This document shows positions 9,503 through 17,884 of a stretch of DNA of 32,000 bases, one piece after another; the stretch's first letter is position 1, and each line of letters opens with the position of its first letter. The stretch is from Sinorhizobium meliloti (GTDB lineage Bacteria > Pseudomonadota > Alphaproteobacteria > Rhizobiales > Rhizobiaceae): NCBI RefSeq assembly GCF_017876815.1, contig NZ_JAGIOS010000002.1:810001-842000 (forward strand). Reading direction: 5' to 3'. The position numbers and the translations under genes are program-made. Below the pieces are notes generated by a model that saw only the letters and a program-made list of their open reading frames with translations, did not search any database and was not told the DNA's origin.

Positions 9503-9618
9503 CAGGGTCTCCTCCAGTTCTCCGAGATCAAGACTACGCCGCTAGACGCGCAAAACGGTTTCAATCTGATCCTTTTTTGGCTAGGGTTTGATGAAGCTGT
9601 TTCGGTTTCGAGGGATTT

Positions 9619-10089
9619 ATGATGAGTTCATTCAATCTCGATGCGATCGACCGAAAAATTCTAGGGATCCTCCAGGACCGGGGCGACATCAGCCATGCAG
9701 CCCTGGCGGAGGCGGTCGGTGCCTCGCCGGCGTCCTGCTGGCGGCGCATCAAGGCACTGGAGACGGCGGGGGTGCTGGTTAAGACCGTGAGCCTCGTCAA
9801 TCCCGACCTGGTCGGACGCGGATTGAACGTCTTCTGCCAGGTTCGCATGAAGTCCCATGATCCGGTTGCGCGCCGGAATTTCGAACGCTTCGTGGAAAGC
9901 CACGAAGAAGTTCTCGAATGCTATTCCATGTCGGGCGACTGGGATTACCTGCTACGGGTCCTCGTTGCCGATGTGGCCGACTACGAGCGCCTGCTGATGC
10001 GCGGCATCCTCACCCACGAGGCAGTGGCGAACTCGTCGTCTCACTTCGCCTTGAAGAGCGTCAAATACTCCACCGCCGTTCCCGTCTAG
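9619..10089 (+). CDS. Lrp/AsnC-family transcriptional regulator, divergent from the E1/E2 operon
   Basis: LDAIDRKILGILQDRGDISHAALAEAVGASPASCWRRIKALETAGV is the HTH. A C-terminal RAM/AsnC ligand-binding domain follows (VFCQVRM...ECYSMSGDWDYLLRV). Confidence 0.9.
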   Translation: MMSSFNLDAIDRKILGILQDRGDISHAALAEAVGASPASCWRRIKALETAGVLVKTVSLVNPDLVGRGLNVFCQVRMKSHDPVARRNFERFVESHEEVLECYSMSGDWDYLLRVLVADVADYERLLMRGILTHEAVANSSSHFALKSVKYSTAVPV

Positions 10090-10099
10090 ACCTTTGAAG

Positions 10100-10245
10100 C
10101 TGCGCTCTTTTCCCGGAATTGCCCTAGAGCGGGATGAGGAAAAGTGTGTGCGGTTTTCCGCCCGCATCCGGCGTCTCAACTTCTTGGAATCGATCACGTT
10201 TATGTTTTTAGGTCGACCCGACCTGAAAACATCGTGATCTAAGAC
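10100..10245. repeat. Probable rhizobial intergenic repeat with a terminal imperfect hairpin
   Basis: 'ctagagcgggatgaggaaaagtgtgtgcggttttccgc' resembles, from memory, a repeat family common in rhizobial intergenic regions that yields spurious small ORFs (here 9952..10197 minus). The imperfect hairpin gatcacgtttatgtttttaggtcg / cgacctgaaaacatcgtgatc spans 10192..10239. Copy number cannot be assessed from one window. Confidence 0.4.
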
Positions 10246-10365
10246 CTTAGTCCGATGCTTCCGGCCATAGGTCCTAGGACCGTTGCGTGCCGAGTTCCCT
10301 TAACCTATGCCGGTGGTTGCGCGTTCACGGGATAACGGAAAGCCCCAACTGCCGCCCGGGCGCGC

Positions 10366-10419
10366 GAGGGTCGCAGAGCGACGCCGCCCCAGCCCCATCT
10401 GCATCGCTCTGCGACCCTC
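10366..10419. repeat. Perfect 16-bp inverted repeat (stem-loop) in non-coding DNA
   Basis: GAGGGTCGCAGAGCGA (10366..10381) and TCGCTCTGCGACCCTC (10404..10419) are exact reverse complements, separated by a 22-nt C-rich loop. Confidence 0.8.
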
Positions 10420-10520
10420 GCCTTGAGCATTCCCGCTCTTCTCCCATCTACGGCGCCGAACGTCCCCCTCACGCATCGCGATTTTCTCGGAACCATCCGC
10501 CGGGCGAGACGTTAGACGCG

Positions 10521-10634
10521 GTCGCTTTTGCCCGAAGCGACTGGAAGCGTAAGAGGGTCGACTCGTCATTCCCTCCCCTCACCGAAGAGTCGACCGACAG
10601 GCGGCGCCCTTTTTCCTCCCTCGGGGGCGCCGCC
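10521..10634 (+). ncRNA. Candidate small RNA or 5' leader: three tandem hairpins, two with CCUCCC anti-SD loops
   Basis: Hairpin A is GTCGCTT/AAGCGAC (10521..10541). Hairpin B is GGTCGACTC/GAGTCGACC (10556..10595) with loop gucauuCCCUCCCCUCaccgaa. Hairpin C is GGCGGCGCCC/GGGCGCCGCC (10600..10634) with loop uuuuUCCUCCCUCgg. No U-tract terminator or promoter was recognised, so strand and extent are tentative. Confidence 0.3.
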
Positions 10635-10736
10635 ATCGTTCTGCGAAACGGATTGCAGGTCATGGACGCACCCGTTGCCGTCGACGGCTCCGCGTGCTCA
10701 AGTGCATCCTGCGACCAACACCCCAGGGAGCCCTGC

Positions 10737-11303
10737 ATGACGACAGTGATCCTCTTCCATTCCGTCTACGGCCTGCGCCCGTTCGAGCGGGGCGTCGCCG
10801 AGCGCCTGACCGTGGCAGGCCACGAGGTGTTCACGCCCGACCTCTACGAAGGCCGGGTTGCTTCCTCGATCGAGGAGGGCTTTGCCCTGAAGGAAGAGAT
10901 CGGCTGGAGCACCCTTTGCGAGCGCGCCGAGCGGGCGGTCGCGGATCTGCCTGCCGATGCCGTTCTCGGCGGTTTTTCCATGGGCGCTGCTGTCGCCGCC
11001 AGCCTGTGGCCGAAGCGGCCGGAGACGGCCGGAATTCTCTTTCTGCACAGCATCGCCGAAATTCCGGCAAATGCGCGACGCGGGCTGCCGGTGCAGGTCC
11101 ATCTCGCCGATCCGGATATCTTCGAACCGGCAGACGAAGTTGCCGCCTGGCGTGCTGATGCCGAACGGACGCCGGTCGCCCTGGAAGTCTTCATCTATCC
11201 CGGTGCCGGGCATATTTATACCGACGCCACCCTTGTCGATTACGATTCCGAAGCCGCCCGGCTCACCTGGAGCCGCGTCGAACGTTGCCTTGCGGCACTT
11301 TGA
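10737..11303 (+). CDS. Dienelactone hydrolase-family protein
   Basis: MTTVILFHSVYGLRPFERGVAERLTVAGHEVFTPDLYEG...GGFSMGAAVAA (nucleophile elbow)...YPGAGHIY. SD AGGGAG lies 6 nt upstream of the ATG at 10737. The 150 upstream in-frame codons of track ORF 10287.. are low-complexity and non-coding-like. Confidence 0.8.
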   Translation: MTTVILFHSVYGLRPFERGVAERLTVAGHEVFTPDLYEGRVASSIEEGFALKEEIGWSTLCERAERAVADLPADAVLGGFSMGAAVAASLWPKRPETAGILFLHSIAEIPANARRGLPVQVHLADPDIFEPADEVAAWRADAERTPVALEVFIYPGAGHIYTDATLVDYDSEAARLTWSRVERCLAAL

Positions 11304-11380
11304 GCGGACGCTCGATGTCTGCCCTTATGTCGCTGCCGCGCGCAGGGGGGGGAGAAGGGGCAATCCGCGAAGCTTTGGCG

Positions 11381-14300
11381 TTACGAGGCTTTCCCATAAC
11401 CGCCGCCCGTCGGCGTCACGACCGTGAAAGCCTCGCCCGCCTCGAGCACGGTATGGGCCGAGCCAGGCAGTTCTTCGATACGGCCGTCATGGCGGCGGAC
11501 AAAGTTGCGGCCGGGTTCGCCCGGCCCACCGCCCTTCAGGCCGAACGGCCGGACGCGGCGGTGGCCGGAAAGGATCGCGAAGTCCAGCCGCTCGCGCGCC
11601 CGGATCGTCCTCTGTGTACCGTCGCCCGCCGACCACTTGCCGCGTCCGCCCGAGCCCTTGCGGATGTGGAAGTCTTCGAGCACCACCGGGAAGCGCGTCT
11701 CCAGGATTTCCGGGTCGGTGAGGCGCGAATTGGTCATGTGCGTGTGAACCGCATCGGCGCCGTCATAGCCGGGGCCGGCCGGCGCGCCGGAGCAGATCGT
11801 CTCGTAATACTGGTAGTCGGCATTGCCGAAAGTCAGGTTGTTCATCGTTCCCTGCGCCGCGGCCTGCGCCTCCACCGCTCCGAAGAGGGAGTTGGTGACC
11901 GCCTGACTCACCTCTACATTGCCGGCGACGACCGCCGCCGGGTAGCGCGGCGAAAGCATGGTGCCTTGGGGTATGACGATGCGGATAGGCCTCAGGCAAC
12001 CGGCATTCATCGGGATGTCGGCCTCGACCAGCACCCGGAAGACATAGAGCACGGCGGCACGCGTCACCGGCTCCGGCGCGTTGAAATTATCCGGGCGCTG
12101 TTGCGACGTTCCAGTGAAATCGACCGTTGCTTCCCGGCTCTCGCGGTCGATGGAGATCTTCACCGCGATCCGGCAGCCCTGGTCCATCTCGTAGGAGAAT
12201 TCACCGTCCGGCAATCGGTCGAGCACGCGGCGCACGCTTTCGGCCGCATTGTCCTGGACGTGCCCCATATAGGCCTCGACCACATCCTCTCCAAATTGCG
12301 CGATCATCTTCCTGAGTTCCGCCACACCCTTCTCGTTGGCCGCGACTTGTGCCTTGAGATCGTTGACGTTCTGGAGGATGTTGCGCACCGGATAGCGCGC
12401 TCCGTTCAAGAGCCTCTCCAGTTCCTCCTCGCGGAAGCGGCCGCGGTCGATGAGCTTGAAGTTGTCGATATAGACGCCTTCCTCTTCGATATTGGTCGCC
12501 AGCGGCGACATCGAGCCCGGCGAGATACCGCCGATATCCGCATGGTGACCGCGGCTTGCGACCCAGAAGCGGATCTCGCGGCCCTCATCGTCGAAGACCG
12601 GCGTGCAGACCGTCAGATCCGGCAGATGCGTGCCGCCGTTATAGGGCGCATTGATCAGGAACACATCGCTCGGATGGATGACCGGGTTCTCACGGATCGC
12701 GGTCGCGACCGAAGCGTCCATGGAGCCCAGATGCACCGGCATGTGCGGCGCATTGGCGACCAGATTTCCCTTATTGTCGAAGACCGCGCAGGAGAAATCG
12801 AGCCGCTCCTTGATATTGACCGAATAGGCGGTGTTCTGCAGCGTCACGCCCATCTGCTCGGCAATCGACATGAAGAGATTGTTGAAGATCTCCAGCATGA
12901 CCGGATCGGCCTTCGTGCCGATCGCGGTGCGCTCGGGCAGCGCCTTGATCCGTCTCAGGACGATATGGTCTTTCGCCGTCAGCTCCGCCTGCCAGCCGTC
13001 CTCGACGACGATCGTCTGGTTTGCCTCGATAATGATTGCCGGACCGGTGAGCTTCTGGCCTGGCCCGATTTCGGAACGCAGCGCCACCGGAGCGTCGTGA
13101 AACGTGCCTTGCGAATAGAAGCGGGTCCACCGGTTCGCAACGACATGTCCGGCCGTCACGGCAAGGCCTTCCGCTTCCATTTCCGCAGCCCCGCCGCCGA
13201 CCGTTTCGACCTCGACCGCATCGATCACCAACGCCTTGTTTTCGGCGACGAATCCGAAGCGGCGCCTGTGCAGATGCTCGAACTCGCGGCGCAGCCGCGC
13301 CTGGTCGTCCTCGTCCGGGAAGCTCGCTTCCACCGGCAGGACCGTGTCGGTTCCGGCATAGCGGATATGCGCGCGCAGATGCGTGCGTATCCGCTCACGG
13401 GCGATCCCCTGCGCCTCCAGTTCCGCCAGGCATTCCGATTGCAGTTCCCGGCCAAGCGCGGCAAGCGCCTCGGGTGCGGCATCGTCGAGACCCACCCCGA
13501 ACGCCTTCTGCCGCGTGGCGCGAATGTCGGCAAGGCCCATACCGTAGGCCGAGAGCAGCCCGGACATCGGATGCAGGAGAATACTCTTCATGCCGAGTGC
13601 GTCGGCGACCAGGCAGGCGTGTTGCCCGCCGGCGCCGCCGAAGCAGTTGAGCGCATAGCGCGTCACGTCATAGCCGCGGCTTACGGAAATCTTCTTGATC
13701 GCCTCGACCATGTTGGCGACCGCGATGCGGATGAAGCCGTCGGCGACGTCCTCGGGGCTCCGCCCGTCGCCGATCTCGCCCGCTAGCGCGACGAAACGCT
13801 CGCGCACGGTCTCCACGTCGAGCGGCAGGTTCTGCTCCGGCCCGAAGATCGCCGGAAAATGTTCCGGCAACAGCTTGCCTAGCATGACATTGGCATCGGT
13901 GACGGCAAGCGGTCCGCCGTTGCGGTAACAGGCGGGACCGGGATTGGCGCCGGCCGAATCCGGACCGACACGGAATCGCTCGCCGTCGAAATGGAGGACC
14001 GAGCCGCCGCCGGCGGCAACCGTGTGGATCAGCATCATCGGCGCGCGCACCCGCACTCCGGCAACCTCCGTCTCGAAGGCGCGCTCGTACTCGCCGTCGA
14101 AATGGGCGACGTCGGTCGAGGTTCCGCCCATGTCGAAGCCGATGACGCGGCCGAATCCGGCCGCCTCACCCGTCCGCGCCAGACCGACGACGCCGCCCGC
14201 GGGTCCGGAGAGGATCGCATCCTTGCCCTGGAACATCTCCGCCGCCGTGAGCCCGCCGGACGACATCATGAACATGAGCCGGGCGCCGGATCGGGCGACG

Positions 14301-14998
14301 TCCAGCTCTTCCGAAACCTGCGCCACATAGCGGCCGAGCACGGGCGAGAGATAGGCGTCGATCACGGTCGTGTCGCCACGGCCGACATATTTGACGAGCG
14401 GCGAGACCTCGTGGCTGACGGATACCTGCTCGAACCCGATGGAGCGCGCGATCTTGGAGACGCTCGCCTCGTGGGCGGGATATTTGTAAGCGTGCATCAG
14501 GACGATGGCGACCGCCCCGTAGCCAGCGGCTTTCAGCCCTTCTAGCGCCCGGCGCGCTGCCGCCTCGTCGAGCGGCCGCTCGATCGTGCCGTCGGCGAGC
14601 ACCCGCTCGTCGAGCTCGACGATATTCGAATAGAGTGCCTCGGGCTTGATGATCTCGGTGGCGAAGATCTTCTTGCGTTCCTGATAGCCGATCCGGAGCG
14701 CATCGCGGAATCCGCGCGTCGTGACGAGCGCCAGCCGCTCGCCCTTGCGCTCCAGCAACGCATTGGTGGCGACCGTGGTGCCCATCCTGACTTCGCCGAC
14801 CAAGCCCGCCGGAACCGGCTCGCCGGTGCCAAGGCCGAGATGCTGCCGGATGCCGTGGACAGCCGCGTCGCGATAGGCGCCGGGGTTTTCCGAAAGGACC
14901 TTCAGCGCGTGCAAGGCGCCCGCCGGATCGCGGCCGACCACGTCGGTGAAGGTACCGCCGCGATCCACCCAGAAATCCCAAGCTCCCGTCACGCTCAT
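11381..14998 (-). CDS. Fused hydantoinase A/B (HyuA-HyuB), 5-oxoprolinase (ATP-hydrolysing)-type protein
   Basis: 1205-aa ORF. The N-terminus is [18 protein letters not shown] hydantoinase A region ([11 protein letters not shown]) is followed by a hydantoinase B/oxoprolinase region ([23 protein letters not shown]-like C-terminus TPTGGGYG). Confidence 0.9.
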   Translation of the reverse strand: MSVTGAWDFWVDRGGTFTDVVGRDPAGALHALKVLSENPGAYRDAAVHGIRQHLGLGTGEPVPAGLVGEVRMGTTVATNALLERKGERLALVTTRGFRDALRIGYQERKKIFATEIIKPEALYSNIVELDERVLADGTIERPLDEAAARRALEGLKAAGYGAVAIVLMHAYKYPAHEASVSKIARSIGFEQVSVSHEVSPLVKYVGRGDTTVIDAYLSPVLGRYVAQVSEELDVARSGARLMFMMSSGGLTAAEMFQGKDAILSGPAGGVVGLARTGEAAGFGRVIGFDMGGTSTDVAHFDGEYERAFETEVAGVRVRAPMMLIHTVAAGGGSVLHFDGERFRVGPDSAGANPGPACYRNGGPLAVTDANVMLGKLLPEHFPAIFGPEQNLPLDVETVRERFVALAGEIGDGRSPEDVADGFIRIAVANMVEAIKKISVSRGYDVTRYALNCFGGAGGQHACLVADALGMKSILLHPMSGLLSAYGMGLADIRATRQKAFGVGLDDAAPEALAALGRELQSECLAELEAQGIARERIRTHLRAHIRYAGTDTVLPVEASFPDEDDQARLRREFEHLHRRRFGFVAENKALVIDAVEVETVGGGAAEMEAEGLAVTAGHVVANRWTRFYSQGTFHDAPVALRSEIGPGQKLTGPAIIIEANQTIVVEDGWQAELTAKDHIVLRRIKALPERTAIGTKADPVMLEIFNNLFMSIAEQMGVTLQNTAYSVNIKERLDFSCAVFDNKGNLVANAPHMPVHLGSMDASVATAIRENPVIHPSDVFLINAPYNGGTHLPDLTVCTPVFDDEGREIRFWVASRGHHADIGGISPGSMSPLATNIEEEGVYIDNFKLIDRGRFREEELERLLNGARYPVRNILQNVNDLKAQVAANEKGVAELRKMIAQFGEDVVEAYMGHVQDNAAESVRRVLDRLPDGEFSYEMDQGCRIAVKISIDRESREATVDFTGTSQQRPDNFNAPEPVTRAAVLYVFRVLVEADIPMNAGCLRPIRIVIPQGTMLSPRYPAAVVAGNVEVSQAVTNSLFGAVEAQAAAQGTMNNLTFGNADYQYYETICSGAPAGPGYDGADAVHTHMTNSRLTDPEILETRFPVVLEDFHIRKGSGGRGKWSAGDGTQRTIRARERLDFAILSGHRRVRPFGLKGGGPGEPGRNFVRRHDGRIEELPGSAHTVLEAGEAFTVVTPTGGGYGKAS

Positions 14999-15146
14999 CT
15001 CCAGCTCCTCCGCAATGCTGCCCGCCGCTTTTCATGGGCGCTTTTTATGGGCCGGAGACGACCGGCAGGCAAGGGAAGAAGAGGCGCGCCACCAGCGAAA
15101 AGGAAGCCGATGCCTGTGCCGGATCTCTGGCCTCGCACCGCCATTT

Positions 15147-15977
15147 ATGTCAGAGGAAGCACGGTCCAACAGCGCGGAGACGGAAACGGTGAAACAGCGC
15201 CGCCCTACGGCGAAAAGGCGGGTCGGAGACGAGAAAGCCGGCGAACTGCCCGGCAAGCGCGTGACGCTCGCCCGGGCGCTCTCCAAGCTCGGCTACTGCT
15301 CGAGGACGCAGGCCGAAAAGCTGATCGCCGAAGGGCGTGTCAGCGTCGCCGGCCGGAAGATCACCGATCTCTCCCACTGGGTCGATATCGAAGCGGACAG
15401 GATCGCCGTCGACGGAACCGTCATTGCCGCCCAAGCCAGGGTCTATCTCATGCTGAACAAGCCGCGCGGCCTCGTGACCACCCGCGACGATCCGGAGGGT
15501 CGGCCGACGGTCTTCAGCTGTCTCGATAATGTCGACGTTCCGTCCCTCTCGCCGGTCGGCAGGCTCGACAAGGCAAGCGAGGGGCTTTTGCTCTTCACCA
15601 ACGACACGGTGCTGGCGCAGCGTCTGCTCGACCCGGAGACCCATCTCGGCAAGGTATACCATGTTCAGGTGCGCGGCATTTTCGGCGAGGCCATGGCCGC
15701 ACGGATGGTGGAAGGGGTTACGGAGGGTGGCGAACTGCTGCGCGCGCTGCGGGTCGAACGCCTGAGAAGCGGAGACAGGAACAGCTGGATCGAGGTGGAG
15801 CTTGACGAAGGGCGCAACCGCCAGATCCGCCGCATGCTCGACGTGCTCGGCTTCGAGTGCCTGCGTCTCCTGCGCGTTTCGATCGGCGAGATCAGGCTGG
15901 GCGATCTGCCGAAGGGGGCGAGCCGGCCGCTCACGGAGGCGGAGGCCCTTTATCTCAGGCGCCGCACAGGGCTTTGA
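15147..15977 (+). CDS. Pseudouridine synthase (RsuA/RluB/RluE family) with an S4 domain and a basic N-terminal extension
   Basis: S4-like segment RVTLARALSKLGYCSRTQAEKLIAEGRVSVAG. Catalytic motif VGRLDKASEGLLLFTND, then a later NRQIRRM motif. The start at 15147 is the first ATG that does not overlap the divergent upstream gene; other in-frame starts are possible. Confidence 0.85.
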   Translation: MSEEARSNSAETETVKQRRPTAKRRVGDEKAGELPGKRVTLARALSKLGYCSRTQAEKLIAEGRVSVAGRKITDLSHWVDIEADRIAVDGTVIAAQARVYLMLNKPRGLVTTRDDPEGRPTVFSCLDNVDVPSLSPVGRLDKASEGLLLFTNDTVLAQRLLDPETHLGKVYHVQVRGIFGEAMAARMVEGVTEGGELLRALRVERLRSGDRNSWIEVELDEGRNRQIRRMLDVLGFECLRLLRVSIGEIRLGDLPKGASRPLTEAEALYLRRRTGL

Positions 15978-16040
15978 CGATTCGCAGCCGAACGTCGACG
16001 GCTCGCAGCAAAAGCCTCCCCTCTTTGCTCGATGTCCGGA

Positions 16041-16083
16041 AATCCACCCATCGACGAGCGCTTTTGTTTCCGAATCCACCCAT
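16041..16083 (+). promoter_or_regulatory. Direct repeat AATCCACCCAT x2 upstream of tctC (candidate response-regulator or activator site)
   Basis: Exact 11-mers lie at 16041..16051 and 16073..16083, a 32-bp period of about three helical turns. They sit 145-185 bp upstream of the tctC start. Confidence 0.3.
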
Positions 16084-16226
16084 TTGCCGCGCCTGTGCGC
16101 TGTAAATGCATGAAACGGCGTCCGCCAACGGTTGTCTGTGCTAAAATCCCGTTTGCTAATGGGTGAACCCAGACCCGGCGGGAGGAACCATGCCGGCTGG
16201 TCGATGACTTCATCCGGGAGGAAAAG

Positions 16227-17204
16227 ATGAAAATTCTGAACGCGCTTCTGGGCGCAGCCACCGCCGTTTCCCTTTTTGCCGCTTCGGCGAGCGCCCAAAC
16301 CTATCCGGAGCGCACGATCACCATGGTGGTGCCGTTCTCGGCCGGCGGCCCGACCGATACGGTGGCCCGCCTTGTCGCCGAGTCCATGTCGAAGGATCTC
16401 GGCCAACAGATTATCGTCGAGAATGTCGGCGGCGCCGGCGGGACGCTCGGCGCCGGCCGCGTCGCCCAGGCCGATCCGGACGGCTACACGCTGCTTCTGC
16501 ATCACATCGGCATGGCCACCAGCGCGACGCTCTATCGCAAGCTCGCCTATGACACGCTGAATGCCTTCGAATATGTCGGCCTCGTCACCGAGGTTCCGAT
16601 GACCATCGTTGCCCGCAAGGATTTCGAGCCGACCGACCTCAAGGGCCTGATCGAACACGTCAAGGCGAACAAGGACACGGTGACGGTCGCCAATGCCGGC
16701 ATCGGCGCGGCGTCGCATCTTTGCGGCATGATGTTCATGAGCGCGATCGAAACGCCGCTGACGACCGTGCCGTACAAAGGCACCGGCCCGGCGATGACCG
16801 ACCTGCTCGGCGGCCAGGTCGACATCATGTGCGACCAGACGACGAACACGACGAAGCAGATCCAGGGCGGCACGATCAAGGCCTATGCGGTGACCTCGCC
16901 GCAGCGCCTCAAGATCTTCCCCGATCTGCCGACCGCCGAGGAAGCGGGCCTTTCCGGCTTTCAGGTCGGCATCTGGCACGGAATCTATGCGCCGAAAGGC
17001 ACGCCAGCCGAAGTCACCGACCGTCTCTCGAAGTCGCTGCAGAAGGCACTCAAGGACGAGAACGTGGTCGCCCGCTTCGGCGAGCTCGGCACCGAGCCGT
17101 CGAGCGAAGCCGACGCCACGCCGGCCGCGCTGAAGGCAAAGCTCGAAAGCGAGATCGGCCGGTGGAAGCCGGTGATCGAGGCGGCCGGCCAGTACGCCGA
17201 CTGA
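16227..17204 (+). CDS. tctC: Tripartite tricarboxylate transporter substrate-binding protein (TctC/Bug family)
   Basis: Signal peptide MKILNALLGAATAVSLFAASASA, then the Bug-family signature YPERTITMVVPFSAGGPTDTVAR and QIIVENVGGAGGTLG. SD GGGAGGAAAAG lies upstream. Confidence 0.9.
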   Translation: MKILNALLGAATAVSLFAASASAQTYPERTITMVVPFSAGGPTDTVARLVAESMSKDLGQQIIVENVGGAGGTLGAGRVAQADPDGYTLLLHHIGMATSATLYRKLAYDTLNAFEYVGLVTEVPMTIVARKDFEPTDLKGLIEHVKANKDTVTVANAGIGAASHLCGMMFMSAIETPLTTVPYKGTGPAMTDLLGGQVDIMCDQTTNTTKQIQGGTIKAYAVTSPQRLKIFPDLPTAEEAGLSGFQVGIWHGIYAPKGTPAEVTDRLSKSLQKALKDENVVARFGELGTEPSSEADATPAALKAKLESEIGRWKPVIEAAGQYAD

Positions 17205-17226
17205 TCGCGCGTCAGGCATTCAATCC

Positions 17227-17277
17227 GTGCGGGCGCGTGTCGAGGATGCGCCCGCACTGGCGTTGACAGCTGTCAAC
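17227..17277. other. Intercistronic GC hairpin followed by a perfect 16-bp palindrome
   Basis: GTGCGGGCGC (17227..17236) pairs with GCGCCCGCAC (17248..17257). GTTGACAGCTGTCAAC (17262..17277) is a perfect palindrome. Both lie in the 206-bp tctC-tctB spacer. Confidence 0.6.
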
Positions 17278-17410
17278 AGGCGATGCCTTGGCTCCCCACT
17301 TTCGGGCGACATGCATCAGCCAGCAGAACATGCGAAGATATTCGCCAAAAACCGGCGCGGCACGTTTTCTCGGAAAAGGGATCGGCACTCGCGGAAATAA
17401 TGGGGAAACA

Positions 17411-17872
17411 ATGAAATCCATCTCCTTCGACACGACCAATGCGCTGTGCGGCGGCATTCTGACGGCCGTCGGGCTATTCTTCGCCTGGCAGTCGCTCGGG
17501 CTCGAGCTCGGCACCGCCTTCCGCATGGGCCCCGGCTATTTCCCGCTGGTGCTCTCCGCCGTGCTGATCCTGCTCGGCCTGATCATCCTCATTCAATCGG
17601 CGCGCGTTCACAGCGAGCCGATGGGGCCGATCGCCATCCGCGGCATCTTCTTCATCCTGCCGGCGCCGATCTTCTTCGGGCTGACGGTGCGCGGCCTCGG
17701 CTTCGTCCCCTCCCTCTTCTTCACGGCGCTGATCGCCTGTTTTGCTTCCAGCCGGATGAAGCCGCTCTGGGCGATCGCCCTCTCGCTTGCCTTGACCATC
17801 TTTTCGGTCGGCGTCTTCAGCTACGGTCTCAACCTGCCATTCGAGCGGTTCGGCCCGTGGACCCGGTTCTAG
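17411..17872 (+). CDS. tctB: Tripartite tricarboxylate transporter small membrane protein (TctB family)
   Basis: About 153 aa with four hydrophobic segments (MKSISFDTTNALCGGILTAVGLFFAW...GYFPLVLSAVLILLGLIIL...). It sits between tctC and tctA. I place the start at the internal ATG (17411), preceded by GGGGAAACA. Confidence 0.8.
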   Translation: MKSISFDTTNALCGGILTAVGLFFAWQSLGLELGTAFRMGPGYFPLVLSAVLILLGLIILIQSARVHSEPMGPIAIRGIFFILPAPIFFGLTVRGLGFVPSLFFTALIACFASSRMKPLWAIALSLALTIFSVGVFSYGLNLPFERFGPWTRF

Positions 17873-17884
17873 GAGGCGGCGACG

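Noticed and set aside
9952-10197. 81-aa minus-strand ORF (MIDSKKLRRRMRAENRTHFSSSRSRAIPGKERSF...).
   Set aside because: Its 3' part is antisense to the end of the Lrp gene. Its 5' part translates the repeat-like intergenic segment. This matches the spurious small ORFs typically generated by rhizobial repeats.
10287-10736. 150-codon in-frame extension upstream of the dienelactone hydrolase, and the minus-strand ORFs 10300..10569, 10305..10496 and 10469..10738.
   Set aside because: The products are low-complexity Pro/Ser/Arg-rich with no family resemblance. The region is filled with long perfect palindromes, which are atypical of coding DNA. The hydrolase family N-terminus and an SD sit at 10737.
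11285-13786. 833-aa + strand ORF. Similar very long ORFs include 3388..5091 +, 6318..7841 +, 7979..9622 +, 15150..17219 -, 25144..27927 -, 1398..2639 +, 17474..18820 - and 14166..15035 -.
   Set aside because: All lie antisense to, or out of frame with, genes that have clear family signatures. Some run straight across several unrelated genes and intergenic gaps. Their products are Arg/Ala/Gly/Asp-rich and low-complexity. This is the classic shadow-ORF artefact of high-GC DNA with GC-rich third codon positions.
17262-17277. The palindrome GTTGACAGCTGTCAAC read as a bidirectional sigma-70 -35 element (TTGACA on both strands).
   Set aside because: No acceptable -10 hexamer follows at a 16-18 bp spacing on either strand. 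I keep it only as an unexplained palindrome.
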